A stretch of DNA of 64,000 nucleotides from Nemertoderma westbladi. Its lineage: Eukaryota > Animalia > Xenacoelomorpha. The stretch lies in NCBI GenBank assembly GCA_032718475.1, contig JAUCBJ010006869.1, positions 56,332 through 120,331 on the forward strand, given 5' to 3'. Positions 1 through 13,431 of the stretch are shown here, piece by piece. Both the position numbers and the translations under genes were made by a program. The notes below the pieces were generated by a model, which saw only the letters and a program-made list of their open reading frames with translations, was not told where the DNA came from and did no database searches. Positions within the stretch are counted from its first letter, which is position 1, and each line of letters opens with the position of its first letter.

Positions 1-169
1 CCTACAATAGAGCTTAACCTAAATACACTTCCAGTGAGCCAAGCAGTAGTGGCGGGTTATCTCCAAAATGCCCATGTAGGATTTCTTCGAAAAAGGACCA
101 ATTGGTTGAGTTACGAGTTACAGTGAAAAAGTATTCAAGATTAGATTTTGCTTTGAACAGGAGAAACAG

Positions 170-472
170 ATGGAATATATAGGTCATCTAATTAATTGTT
201 TAAAGATTAGCAAACAATACAGTGTAATTGAATTGATGAAATCCATAAATAAAACGTGGATACAAAATGTAAAATCGGGATGCAAAATATAAATTTCTGA
301 GCTAAGAAAGGGAAATTGGATACTGTACAACTTCTCTGGATACAAGCGGTCCGTTTACCTTACAAAATGAAAAATAAACGTGCGAAATATAAAACGTCAT
401 ACTCGAACGGAACGGAACTGTCCGGGGGGGGGGGGGGGGGGGGTGGGGTTTGGGGAGGGAATGTCCGGAAAT
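170..472 (-). mobile_element. Partial inverted copy of the MITE family at 49783-50964
   Basis: 170-400 is the diverged reverse complement of ~49925-50147 (e.g. tggatacaagcggtccgtttac vs gtaaacggaccgcttgtatcca). It ends in a G-rich tract and gggaatgtccgg, resembling that element's terminus. Confidence 0.7.
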
Positions 473-696
473 CGAAGCCTTTAAAACAGTAGTGTCCTAC
501 TCGAACGGAACGGAACTGTCCGGGGGGGGGGGGAATCGAAGCCTTTTTCTATCTGCCAACATCCTGGGCTTTACTTACACTCAGCCTCTATTCACTGGCT
601 GTGATTGACAAGCCAACTTGCCTCAGAACTTCCTTTCATGAATGCCGCAATTTATATTTGGCCATTTTGGTCGTTTTGGCCGCCAAAATGACCAAG

Positions 697-1860
697 TTAA
701 GGTTTATTGGGATTGGGACTGTATGCTGTCGCTCTCACTCCCAGTTTTGCAGCCGTTAGCTCGAGTTTCGGTACTGATGCTAAATCTGGTGGCATCGACC
801 TCGCTTTACTGAATGCTCGTCTGGGCGTTTGAGTCCCCTTTTGCTGTACCAAATAAAGCGCAGCACCGTATGCTTCCAGGGATGCATCGGAGAACATATG
901 TACAGTAGTTCCAATTCACTCATGTCTCCATCCGGGAAGTATACACTTAGTATACTGTAAGTTCCCATATCTTCTAAGATCATGGTCCAATTCTCCCACT
1001 GTTTACTTATTTCTATCGGGATCTCCACGTCCCAGTCATCCTTGATCTTGTAAACTTTCTTGAGTACTTGCTTCCCCGTGACTAACAAAGGGGATTCTAA
1101 TCCTAGTGGATCCTAAATCCTCGCTATGTATCACACATGCCTTGCTTGGTATGGATCCCAGCACCCTACTGACTCAGCTGATATTCCAACTCGTCTGTCT
1201 CCTGGTTCCATTGGTTTATCCAATTTCACCTCTGGTTGTTTATCCTCTATGGTTTCCATGAATTCTCTAGAGTTCGACGGGAACTTCGTCAAGTTGCATC
1301 CTGGTTTTCTCAGGATGTCGCGAACTTCGCACCCCGTCTCAATGATCTCCTTAACGGAGTTCCCAGAACCCATCGCGTCATCCATGTAGAACCCGCGTCG
1401 AATCATATCGATCGCCTCGACTATTGCCATCGACTATACTCCCCTTCTTTACCCTTCACTGTATCTCTTACAGCCATGGTTGTGGTGAATGAAGACGACT
1501 TGGCCCCCATATTCTGCACCACTATCTTGTCTTGTACATTGGTATATCTGATGGTTCTTTGTCACCGTTGTACCACAGGAAGCGTTGACTATCTCTGTCC
1601 TCAGTTACCCACACTTGGTTAAACAAGCCCTCTATGTCACACGTGAAGGCGTGTTTCCCATTTCTATATCTCAACATAACTTCTATCCCCAAATTGTAAA
1701 TATTGGAGCCTTCTAGTAGGTAGTCGTTAAGAGACTTGCCGTTTGTCTTGGCAGAAGCATCAACCACCATCCTTAGTTTGCCCTTCTTGGGATCTAGGGC
1801 CACATGAAGTGGCTGATAGTAAGTCCTCTCGGTTTCTGGTTTGTCTACTGGTAGTTCCAC
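697..1860 (-). pseudogene. BEL/Pao reverse transcriptase and RNase H region, frameshifted
   Basis: ORFs 1522-1860, 1131-1430 (FYMDD), 780-1088 (DWD..W..W) and 697-897 (FSDAS..AYG, PKLEL) are successive pieces of one pol frame. Confidence 0.88.
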
Positions 1861-2015
1861 GGCCCACTCCCGATCTACATACTTCTTTATCGTTTTATGT
1901 ATGTAATCGTTCTTCTCCGGACTCCGTCTAAGCGTTTGTTTTAACTTCTAGAGTCTCGCCTCGACCATCCTCTTGTTGTTCAGCAAGGGCAGCTTAGGCT
2001 CCTTCCATACCATTC

Positions 2016-2780
2016 CTATGGTATGCCGCCCCCCTCACACTCCATCAACTTCCTGACGCTCTCTTGCGCCTGCTTGTCTTCTACTGAGGTCCCTACCCCT
2101 GTCTCCTTTAACCCTTCGAAATCCTGCCGTAGCAGCCTCTTGAGCTGTTCCTCCACTCCTTCATCCTCCATTTCTCTCATTGTCCCCGCGAACATGCACC
2201 CTGAGGATTCGGATACGCTAAATGGGATCCTTGTCTTTATTGGGCCACTGAGTATCCATCCAAATGGCGTTAGAATGGCCACATGTTCTTGCTCTCTGTC
2301 GTCGCCGAAAATAGTTTGTAGCCTCTCATGGGCCGTCAGACAATCCATGCCGACTATGAGAGAGACTTTCGGGACATCTAGTTCGGGCACGGAAAAGTCA
2401 ATGCCATCCAGGTACCTATATTGTTCGATCTCGATCTTTGTAGGTCGCCTGGTGTTGATGTTAATAGACTCCATTATCTGGATGGGTTCGATGGTAGCCC
2501 CATAATCGCAGCATGGTGTTATCGCTCCTATTTCACATCGTCCCGTCCTCATTTTCATGACCTCGTCCTTGCTTGATATCGTGGTCACCACCATCCTACT
2601 TGGCTTAGTCTTCAACCCTATTCTCTCAGCCACCCAATTCTCTGTTAGCGTGAATGCTGCTCCACTATCAACTAGCATCAGTGTTGTAATCAATAGTCCA
2701 TTTTCCCCTATCATTCTTACTGGTACTACTCCGAGTAGTACTGTTCCCTTCCTCTTAATTCCCGTGGTGCTCATCACCAT
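2016..2780 (-). pseudogene. BEL/Pao aspartic protease region
   Basis: LVDSGA catalytic motif, LIVGMD, and the AILTPFGWILSGP motif typical of Pao polyproteins. Confidence 0.85.
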
Positions 2781-3296
2781 CGTTTGGCCTCCAGTTTTGA
2801 CGGTCTCAGAATACTTAGGTGGACGTTCTTGACATTTATCCTCCCTGTGTCCTCCTACCGCACATCGATGAGATAGTCCAAATCTCCTGATATAAGCTAT
2901 TCTATCTCATTTAAGCAATGCCTGCCAATGCTTATAGTCTATGGTCTTATGTGCCCCACTTCTATGCACTTTACATTTGTAATCGGGGTTGTAGCATTCC
3001 TTTTATAGCGCATCGTGTATTGCGTTCAGATTCATGTCGAGTGGTTTAGTGTTTTAGTTGTTTGGACTCAGCCTACTGGGGGTGTTAGCTTTATATCTAC
3101 TGTTGTTATTATTTTGTCTCTGTCCCTGCCACGATGTGGTTATATTCCCAGGGCTCTGTGGACTTGTAGTCCCCTGTGTAGCCACATACGGTAGTAGCTG
3201 CCTCACTTTCGGAAGTGCATTCGCCGCACTGCATTGGAAGCGCATTGGGTTTAGGTCTGCTTTTGGTACTTTGCCCAGACTGTCCTCACCTTAATC

Positions 3297-3900
3297 TCAA
3301 TCCATTATTAACTCCGCTTCGTAGTTAAGGAAGTTCGACATCTCTTCCAGCCCCGGCTCCACACCCTTCTTTTCCTGAGTAGAGAAAGCAATCTTTCTCC
3401 ATTTATTCCTTAACCATATCGGTAGTGCCTGCGCTATGGTTGTGATGTTATTTAAAGAATTAAGTTCGTATGGTGCTTCTAGCATCTTTAAAACTATTAA
3501 TGCTTTCTCTATCCTGGTCGCGAAAACTTTAATAATGAAGGGGTTATCTGCAAGTCTGCCTGATGTTATTCCCCTTAAGGTTTGCCGGATGATCTTTGCC
3601 GGATGGCTAAATTCCCTATCCAGGGCTCTCCATGCTGCTGCAAAACCTCCTTCTATTCGCTGGTACTGTCTTATAATGTCATAGGCTGGCCACCCCATAT
3701 AAACTTGTAAATATTTAAAAGGCACTCCGCTTGGGTTAGATTCTTTGTGAGAATCTCGTTGCTATACATCCTCCGGGAACTGTAGATATTCTTCCGGTTT
3801 GCTACCATCGAACTTGAAAGGCTCCACTGGTGGTAACTATATCCTAGTTTTATAATGCATCGATAAGTGTTGCCATTCCCATCGCTTGGACTTCCAGCGC
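3297..3900 (-). pseudogene. BEL/Pao gag (DUF1759-like) fragment
   Basis: ORF 3297-3725 (AWRALDREF, LPIWLRNKW, LEEMSNFL) is preceded in another frame by a PVEPFKFDGS motif around 3800-3830. Confidence 0.75.
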
Positions 3901-3940
3901 ATTCGACCGTGCGGATGTAGGCTCCCTTGGTGTTGACTGT

Positions 3941-5112
3941 TGTTCGCGCTTTTAGACCTTTAGCAGTTTAACCTGCCAAATTTAGGTGTCTTCTAGGTTA
4001 TAAATCGACTTTAGCCTATAACAAGTATTTGATACACATAAAGTTACATTAGCCGAAGCCAGCCTATGCGCGATCATTCACCCACGGTTAAGGGAGACTG
4101 GATTCGGATGCTCTGACCTTATTGCGGTGTAGGCCTACTGTACTATTCGATTGATCGTTAATATATAATCTCTGACAAATATTATTCACTTTCGGGAAAT
4201 ATTAACAGTTCCTTTAGGACGTGGCGCTCTAAGTATGTAAACAGAGTTATGACTTACACTAAACACAACGGGATAGCTAATGATTTACGTATAAAGCGCA
4301 TTCTTTAGGAAATGCTTTGTTACCTGTCACACTCCTGCACACTACCTCACACTGCTGCACACTGATCTGCCGACCTTAACTAAATTTGATCATATATAAG
4401 GAGATCAGCAACTGACACATGTAGGGTCTATGAAATAGCATTCAATTCACTCCAAAACCACTATAATGTAAGTCGCAATTGCTATATGTAACCGGTCTCT
4501 CTAACCTTCAGTATATCAAGAAGATTGGGGTTTTATGATTATTCATCGATATTCTCCAAATATAACAACATATCAATCAACTTCTAACAATTAATAACCG
4601 ACAGTAAATAGCAGTAAAATAATGCGGTGAAAGGTAAGGTGAGTCTGGTATGCCAGGTATGGCAGGATAACAGTTATACGTTTCTATGATCAAAGCCGTT
4701 CTAATGTTTGGCTAAAGTCTGAAACACAGAATAATTCCACAGCCGATGTTCTGGGCTCAGGAAAAAAGGTAAACAAAGACCATAATGCATTGCGCGATTT
4801 TCCGGAGGCTTCTGTGCAAATAAAATGAAAATCGCTCTGATTGGTCGTGCCGAACAAAGAACAAAGAAAAGTTATACGTGGACATATCAGCTGATAGATG
4901 TCGTCATCTGAACTACACTGTATCAAGAGTATTTTGGCGTATTGCGGCATAAAATCGCTAGTTATGTCCGCTAAAGTACACATACAGAAAAATGGCCTTT
5001 TATGTCCACTAAGACACCTACACAGTAAGAAAACGGCTTTTTATGTCCGCTAAAACACCTACAGAGTACTTTGCGGGGAAAATGACTAGCTAGATCCGCA
5101 AAAGCCTTTACA
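3941..5112. mobile_element. Solo LTR (1172 bp) inserted into the BEL gag region
   Basis: TG...CA termini with a 5-bp TSD ACTGT at 3936-3940 and 5113-5117. It aligns end to end, inverted, with 57906-59084. Confidence 0.9.
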
Positions 5113-8100
5113 ACTGTGCTTCACCTCTTGGGTTCGTCGACTTTCCTTGTGTAGGATATATCATCGGGGGTAATGGTTCCCTCCATAACTCGGTGTCACA
5201 TGATTTATTTGAATCTGAGGGTTTTGCAATTTTTATTTTATTTGGTTGCGTGTATTGTGGATACAGTTTATTACACTGCCCCCCCCCCCCCCCACCCACC
5301 TGTTTTATATTCTGCACTGGGGTAGATATAATTATATTGGCACCCATACACTTATCTGCAATACCCCCTCCCCCTTCCCCTGGGATATATTATATCCTTC
5401 AATATTATAGTCAAACTGGTGTGCAGGTACCAGAATATGCCTAACAGGTTTTTGCCTACTCACTGGTATGTAAGCCACGACTTCCAGGTCCAATCCCAGC
5501 ATTCGCATTACCCTAGCACCTACACTATCTCTCCCAGCATGGCCTATAGTATGTGCAGTAAGACCTACAGTATTTCCTGCAGTCTGAATGTGGTCCACCG
5601 GACCGAAGTTTAAAATTCTCGAATATTCCGAGAACTCCTCCCTGTGACTACCATATCGTCGATTGGCAGCTATGTTCTGACGGGAAATTTCCCTTCGATC
5701 CCTTCTTCTCTCATCCTCTTCATCCCGGTATACTCTATACCCCTCTCCCAGTGCATAATATATACCTCCAGGCTGTGTTTCTCTGGGGCGATGGCAATCT
5801 CCCGAAGTAAAACCCCACCGGTCCCGTCTCTCTATTTCAACTATCGATGGTTCGCTGTCCATCCTATATCGACATCTCTGGTTGCCCATAGCAACATTTC
5901 CTTGCTTATCCCTACCATAGTCCTCGCATCCTCCACTTCCGGAATTATATCCACGTTCATGAAGTCTCATATCGACCTCCAACACGTATTTTTGTTTTAG
6001 TTCCAGCTTCCTGACTCTCTGTAACACGTATTTTTGTTTTAGTTCCAGCTTCCTTCTCATTCTCTGTACGATTTTTGTTTTAGTTCCAGCTTCCTGACTC
6101 TCTATAACACGTATTTTTGTTTTAGTTCCAGCTTCCTGACTCTCTGTAACACGTATTTTTGTTTTAGTTCCAGCTTCCTGACTCTCTGTAACACGTATTT
6201 TTGTTTTAGTTCCAGCTTCCTGACTCTCTGTAACACGTATTTTTGTTTTAGTTCCAGCTTCCTGACTCTCTGTACGATTTTTGTTTTAGTTCCAGCTTCC
6301 TGACTCTCTGTAACACGTATTTTTGTTTTAGTTCCAGCTTCCTGACTCTCTGTAACACGTATTTTTGTTTTAGTTCCAGCTTCCTGACTCTCTGTACGAT
6401 TTTTGTTTTAGTTCCAGCTTCCTGAATCTCTGTAACACGTATTTTTGTTTTAGTTCCAGCTTCCTTCTCATTCTCTGTACGATTTTTGTTTTAGTTCCAG
6501 CTTCCTGACTCTCTGTAACACGTATTTTTGTTTTAGTTCCAGCTTCCTGACTCTCTGTAACACGTATTTTTGTTTTAGTTCCAGCTTCCTTCTCACTCTC
6601 TGTACGATTTTTGTTTTAGTTCCAGCTTCCTGACTCTCTATAACACGTATTTTTGTTTTAGTTCCAGCTTCCTGACTCTCTGTAACACGTATTTTTGTTT
6701 TAGTTCCCGCTTCCTGACTCTCTATAACACGTATTTTTGTTTTAGTTCCAGCTTCCTGACTCTCTGTAACACGTATTTTTGTTTTAGTTCCAGCTTCCTG
6801 ACTCTCTGTAACACGTATTTATGTTTTGGTTCCAGCTTCCTGACTCTCTGTAACACGTATTTTTGTTTTAGTTCCAGCTTCCTGACTCTCTGTAACACGT
6901 ATTTTTGTTTTAGTTCCAGCTTCCTGACTCTCTGTACGATTTTTGTTTTAGTTCCAGCTTCCTGACTCTCTGTAACACGTATTTTTGTTTTAGTTCCAGC
7001 TTCCTGACTCTCTGTAACACGTATTTTTGTTTTAGTTCCAGCTTCCTGACTCTCTGTACGATTTTTGTTTTAGTTCCAGCTTCCTGACTCTCTGTAACGC
7101 GTATTTTTGTTTTAGTTCCAGCTTCCTGAATCTCTGTAACACGTATTTTTGTTTTAGTTCCAGCTTCCTTCTCATTCTCTGTACGATTTTTGTTTTAGTT
7201 CCAGCTTCCTGACTCTCTGTAACACGTATTTTTGTTTTAGTTCCAGCTTCCTGACTCTCTGTAACACGTATTTTTGTTTTAGTTCCAGCTTCCTTCTCAT
7301 TCTCTGTACGATTTTTGTTTTAGTTCCAGCTTCCTGACTCTCTGTAACACGTATTTTTGTTTTAGTTCCAGCTTCCTGACTCTCTGTAACACGTATTTTT
7401 GTTTTAGTTCCAGCTTCCTTCTCACTCTCTGTACGATTTTTGTTTTAGTTCCAGCTTCCTGACTCTCTGTAACACGTATTTTTGTTTTAGTTCCAGCTTC
7501 CTGACTCTCTGTAACACGTATTTATGTTTTGGTTCCAGCTTCCTGACTCTCTGTAACACGTATTTTTGTTTTAGTTCCAGCTTCCTGACTCTCTGTAACA
7601 CGTATTTTTGTTTTAGTTCCAGCTTCCTGACTCTCTGTACGATTTTTGTTTTAGTTCCAGCTTCCTGACTCTCTGTAACACGTATTTTTGTTTTAGTTCC
7701 AGCTTCCTGACTCTCTGTAACACGTATTTTTGTTTTAGTTCCAGCTTCCTGACTCTCTGTAACACGTATTTTTGTTTTAGTTCCAGCTTCCTGACTCTCT
7801 GTACGATTTTTGTTTTAGTTCCCGCTTCCTTCTCATTCTCTGTACGATTTTTGTTTTAGTTCCCGCTTCCTGACTCTCTATAACACGTATTTTTGTTTTA
7901 GTTCCAGCTTCCTGACGCTCTGTAACACGTATTTTTGTTTTAGTTCCAGCTTCCTGACTCACTGTAACACGTATTTTTGTTTTAGTTCCAGCTTCCTGAC
8001 TCTCTGTAACACGTATTTTTGTTTTAGTTCCAGCTTCCTGACTCTCTGTAACACGTATTTTTGTTTTAGTTCCAGCTTCCTTCTCATTCTCTGTACGATT

Positions 8101-11100
8101 TTTGTTTTAGTTCCAGCTTCCTGACTCTCTATAACACGTATTTTTGTTTTAGTTCCAGCTTCCTGACTCTCTGTAACACGTATTTTTGTTTTAGTTCCAG
8201 CTTCCTTCTCATTCTCTGTACGATTTTTGTTTTAGTTCCAGCTTCCTGACTCTCTATAACACGTATTTTTGTTTTGGTTCCAGCTTCCTGACTCTCTGTA
8301 ACACGTATTTTTGTTTTAGTTCCCGCTTCCTGACTCTCTGTAACACGTATTTTTGTTTTAGTTCCAGCTCCCTGACTCTCTGTACGATTTTTGTTTTAGT
8401 TCCAGCTTCCTGACTCTCTGTAACACGTATTTTTGTTTTAGTTCCAGCTTCCTTCTCATTCTCTGTACGATTTTTGTTTTAGTTCCAGCTTCCTGACTCT
8501 CTGTAACACGTATTTTTGTTTTAGTTCCAGCTTCCTGACTCTCTGTACGATTTTTGTTTTAGTTCCAGCTTCCTGACTCATTGTAACACGTATTTTTGTT
8601 TTAGTTCCAGCTTCGTGACTCTCTGTAACACGTATTTTTGTTTTAGTTCCAGCTTCCTGACTCTCTGTACGATTTTTGTTTTAGTTCCAGCTTCCTGACT
8701 CTCTGTAACACGTATTTTTGTTTTAGTTCCAGCTTCCTGACTCTCTGTAACACGTATTTTTGTTTTAGTTCCAGCTTCCTGACTCTCTGTAACACGTATT
8801 TTTGTTTTAGTTCCAGCTTCCTCACTCTCTGTACGATTTTTGTTTTAGTTCCAGCTTCCTTCTCATTCTCTGTACGATTTTTGTTTTAGTTCCAGCTTCC
8901 TGACTCTCTATAACACGTATTTTTGTTTTAGTTCCAGCATCCTCATTCTCTGTACGATTTTTGTTTTAGTTCCCGCTTCCTGACTCTCTGTAACACGTAT
9001 TTTTGTTTTAGTTCCAGCTTCCTGACTCTCTGTAACACGTATTTTTGTTTTAGTTCCAGCATCCTCATTCTCTGTACGATTTTTGTTTTAGTTCCCGCTT
9101 CCTGACTCTCTGTAACACGTATTTTTGTTTTAGTTCCAGCTTCCTGACTCTCTGTAACACGTATTTTTGTTTTAGTTCCAGCTTCCTGACTCTCTGTAAC
9201 ACGTATTTTTGTTTTAGTTCCCGCTTCCCGACTCTCTGTAACACGTATTTTTGTTTTAGTTCCAGCTTCCTGACTCTCTGTAACACGTATTTTTGTTTTA
9301 GTTCCAGCTTCCTTCTCATTCTCTGTACGATTTTTGTTTTAGTTCCAGCTTCCTGACTCTCTGTAACACGTATTTTTGTTTTAGTTCCAGCTTCCTGACT
9401 CTCTGTACGATTTTTGTTTTAGTTCCAGCTTCCTGACTCATTGTAACACGTATTTTTGTTTTAGTTCCAGCTTCCTGACTCTCTGTAACACGTATTTTTG
9501 TTTTAGTTCCAGCTTCCTGACTCTCTGTAACACGTATTTTTGTTTTAGTTCCAGCTTCCTCACTCTCTGTACGATTTTTGTTTTAGTTCCAGCTTCCTTC
9601 TCATTCTCTGTACGATTTTTGTTTTAGTTCCAGCTTCCTGACTCTCTGTAACACGTATTTTTGTTTTAGTTCCAGCTTCCTTCTCATTCTCTGTACGATT
9701 TTTGTTTTAGTTCCAGCTTCGTGACTCTCTGTAACACGTATTTTTGTTTTAGTTCCAGCTTCCTGACTCTCTGTAACACGTATTTTTGTTTTAGTTCCAG
9801 CTTCCTGACTCTCTGTAACACGTATTTTTGTTTTAGTTCCAGCTTCCTGACTCTCTGTAACACGTATTTTTGTTTTAGTTCCAGCTTCCTGACTCATTGT
9901 AACACGTATTTTTGTTTTAGTTCCAGCTTCCTGACTCTCTGTAACACGTATTTTTGTTTTAGTTCCAGCTTCCTTCTCATTCTCTGTACGATTTTTGTTT
10001 TAGTTCCAGCTTCCTGACTCTCTGTAACACGTATTTTTGTTTTAGTTCCCGCTTCCTGACTCTCTGTAACACGTATTTTTGTTTTGGTTCCAGCTTCCTG
10101 ACTCTCTGTAACACGTATTTTTGTTTTAGTTCCAGCTTCCTTCTCATTCTCTGTACGATTTTTGTTTTAGTTCCAGCTTCCTGACTCTCTGTAACACGTA
10201 TTTTTGTTTTAGTTCCCGCTTCCTGACTCTCTGTAACACGTATTTTTGTTTTAGTTCCCGCTTCCTGACTCTCTGTAACACGTATTTTTGTTTTGGTTCC
10301 AGCTTCCTGACTCTCTGTAACACGTATTTTTGTTTTAGTTCCAGCTTCCTGACTCTCTGTAACACGTATTTTTGTTTTAGTTCCAGCTTCCTTCTCATTC
10401 TCTGTACGATTTTTGTTTTAGTTCCAGCTTCCTGACTCTCTGTAACACGTATTTTTGTTTTAGTTCCAGCTTCCTGACTCTCTGTAACACGTATTTTTGT
10501 TTTAGTTCCAGCTTCCTGACTCTCTGTAACACGTATTTTTGTTTTAGTTCCAGCTTCCTGACTCTCTGTAACACGTATTTTTGTTTTAGTTCCAGCTTCC
10601 TTCTCACTCTCTGTACGATTTTTGTTTTAGTTCCCGCTTCCTGACTCTCTGTAACACGTATTTTTGTTTTAGTTCCAGCTTCCTGACTCTCTGTAACACG
10701 TATTTTTGTTTTAGTTCCAGCTTCCTGACTCTCTGTAACACGTATTTTTGTTTTAGTTCCAGCTTCCTGACTCTCTGTAACACGTATTTTTGTTTTAGTT
10801 CCAGCTTCCTGACTCTCTGTAACACGTATTTTTGTTTTAGTTCCAGCTTCCTGACTCTCTGTAACACGTATTTTTGTTTTAGTTCCAGCTTCCTTCTCAT
10901 TCTCTGTACGATTTTTGTTTTAGTTCCAGCTTCCTCACTCTCTGTACGATTTTTGTTTTAGTTCCAGCTTCCTGACTCTCTGTAACACGTATTTTTGTTT
11001 TAGTTCCAGCTTCCTGACTCTCTGTAACACGTATTTTTGTTTTAGTTCCAGCTTCCTGACTCTCTGTAACACGTATTTTTGTTTTAGTTCCAGCTTCCTG

Positions 11101-11444
11101 ACTCTCTGTAACACGTATTTTTGATTTAGTTCCAGCTTCCTGACTCTCTGTAACACGTATTTTTGTTTTGGTTCCCGCTTCCTGACTCTCTGTACGATTT
11201 TTGTTTTAGTTCCAGCTTCCTTCTCATTCTCTGTACGATTTTTGTTTTAGTTCCAGCTTCCTGACTCTCTGTAACACGTATTTTTGTTTTAGTTCCAGCT
11301 TCCTGACTCTCTGTACGATTTTTGTTTTAGTTCCAGCTTCCTGACTCTCTGTAACACGTATTTTTGTTTTAGTTCCAGCTTCCTGACTCTCTGTAACACG
11401 TATTTTTGTTTTAGTTCCAGCTTCCTGACTCTCTGTAACACGTA

Positions 11445-13431
11445 CAGTCGGGGTCTCAAAGTGCATCTGTTCTTTGAGAGTTTCTCAAAGTTTTTTTAAA
11501 AGTGTCTAAAAGTGATTGCATTACTCCCAACGGCCGCTTTGAATTCTTGTAGACACTTTTAGTTGGGAATCTCAAAGTGATTTCCTGCTTTTAGGCACTT
11601 TGAATTCTTTGAGAAATGTCACTTTGAGGTAGTTTGCGGCACTTTTAATTCTTTGAGAAAATAAACTCCGAGGTATTCCTGATTGACAGCTCGTGGTAAG
11701 TTTATTGAGAGGCAGAGGCATTCTCGGGGAACAATATTATGCGGGCAACAAAGTGATACTTGTGTGCTGGCCAGTTGTTGCATAGAAGCTATATTCCCAT
11801 TAATTTATCAAATTGAGGTTCCTGAGGTCATTACGGGATGGGTTTTCGGTCGCAAGTACAAATTGAATTTACGGCACCCTAAAGTCTTTCTAAAAAACAT
11901 TCACTCAAAAAATACATGAAACATAATTAGTGAAACAAGATTAATGCTTGACAAGATTGATTATTTTAATACATGTAACATAATACAATATAAGATTAAC
12001 AATTAATATAAGAGAAACTGCACTGTAGTATCTCTGTGTATATGCAGTTTCATTATATAATGACCTAAAGAAGCCCTGTTGGGAGAAAGCTTGTAATAAC
12101 ATTTTGTTATTCATTTCATTAGTCACCTGAGGTCAAACCGTTCTACCTAACTGTTTAATTAATATGATAACTATGTTGACGAGAGCGTGAGAATACCTTC
12201 TTAAAAACTAAGAAAGTCTTTCGACTTTCAAGTACGATAGAACGGCTACAATCTTGTGTTGTTTTAGCTTAAATAGAGATATTAAAATATCCCCTGCCGC
12301 TGGCGTTTATATTTGAGAATATTTTATATGTTTGCCTCATATTAAATTGATGTTGCGACCCACGGACGGCGACCTTCAAACAAACAGGTGCAGAGTCGGA
12401 AAGAACTGTCACATGCTTTGCTTGGCTTGTGGTGTGGTACCATTTGATTACATAATAGATTTTGGCAGACTGGGCGGTCGCTCTGACCATATGCATTGCG
12501 CACCAACAATGCCTAAAACATCTATGGGAACAGCCAATTAGTGCGCTTGAATCATTTATCTTTATTCCTGCCTCTATCGTTATTCTTTACTTTGTATAAC
12601 ACAATTTACAGTGCGGCAAAGTATGGCTGGTTGACTATTGAAATGCATTGGTAAAGGTATTCGGCGTTCACGTGGGCTAAACAAATTTAAACAGACAGTT
12701 TTAGCACTATACATTAATATAGATAGGGCAACAGACAAACTGTCTAAGACACAAATACCAACACATTCCGATAGCCCGCAATTATGGCGTCTCTAAGAGT
12801 CCAAATATAAATTAATAAAATCCTCTATGAAACAATAAAAATACCTACAAAAAATACTGCTGTATTAAATATTAGTTACTGCAGTAACATATAACAATTA
12901 CTGCAGTCTTAACAAATATTTATTACTGCAGTAATAAATATTTATTACTGCAGTAACAAATATTTATTACTGCAGTAACAAATATTTATTACTACAATAA
13001 TCAATATTAATAAATTAATAAATAATTGAATAAAAATTTATACTGCAGTAATCAATATTAATAAATAATTGAATAAAAATTTCTACTGCAGTAACAAATT
13101 ATTTGTTACTGCAGAAAAATACAATTTTTTATTACTGCAATAATAATTAATTCTTACTTTCAGTAACAAATATTTATTACTGCAGTATTTTTTGGAGGCA
13201 TTTGTATTGTTTCATAGAGGTTTTTATTACTTATATTTTACCCTTTAGTCAAAGTCAATATACCCCATACCATAGCCAGCTTCAGGCAGGACTGTATGAA
13301 ATGACTGACAGTACTACTTTGAAATCTTTGAGGACACTTTGTCATTTTCTTGGACCACTTTTAGAAATTTGAGACACTTTTAGTTCTTTGAGAAAATCTC
13401 AAAGAACAGATGCACTTTGAGACCCCGACTG
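11445..13431. mobile_element. Non-autonomous Tc1/mariner-type (TA-targeting) DNA transposon
   Basis: A 35-bp TIR CAGTCGGGGTCTCAAAGTGCATCTGTTCTTTGAGA is matched in reverse at the right end. TA duplication at 11443-11444 and 13432-13433 lies inside a satellite unit. No transposase ORF seen. Confidence 0.88.
12793..13248. mobile_element. Nested palindromic MITE with internal ~22-bp repeats
   Basis: Long imperfect inverted ends (aaatataa..taataaaa.cctctatgaaacaata...aaaaaatactgc and its reverse complement) around repeats of tactgcagtaacaaatatttat. Confidence 0.7.

Larger units (their letters stand above)
550..5980 (-). mobile_element. Degenerate BEL/Pao LTR retrotransposon, internal region (gag-protease-RT-RNase H), truncated and interrupted
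   Basis: The minus-strand ORF fragments occur in BEL/Pao order. Gag-like: YMGWPAYDII...ALPIWLRNKW. Protease: LLGVVPV...MLVDSGAAFTL...AILTPFGWILSGP. RT: YQPLHVAL..KLRMVVDASAKTNGKSLND, FYMDD. RNase H: FSDASLEAYGAALY..KAR..SVPKLELTAA. Many stops and frameshifts. Confidence 0.9.

Noticed and set aside
951-960. TACTGTA as a second footprint in BEL pol
   Set aside because: The reading frame is continuous through it, and removing 5 nt would break the frame, so it is probably native sequence.
3941-5112. 5' LTR of the BEL element
   Set aside because: It has its own 5-bp TSD, no PBS follows it, and coding-like sequence continues on both sides.
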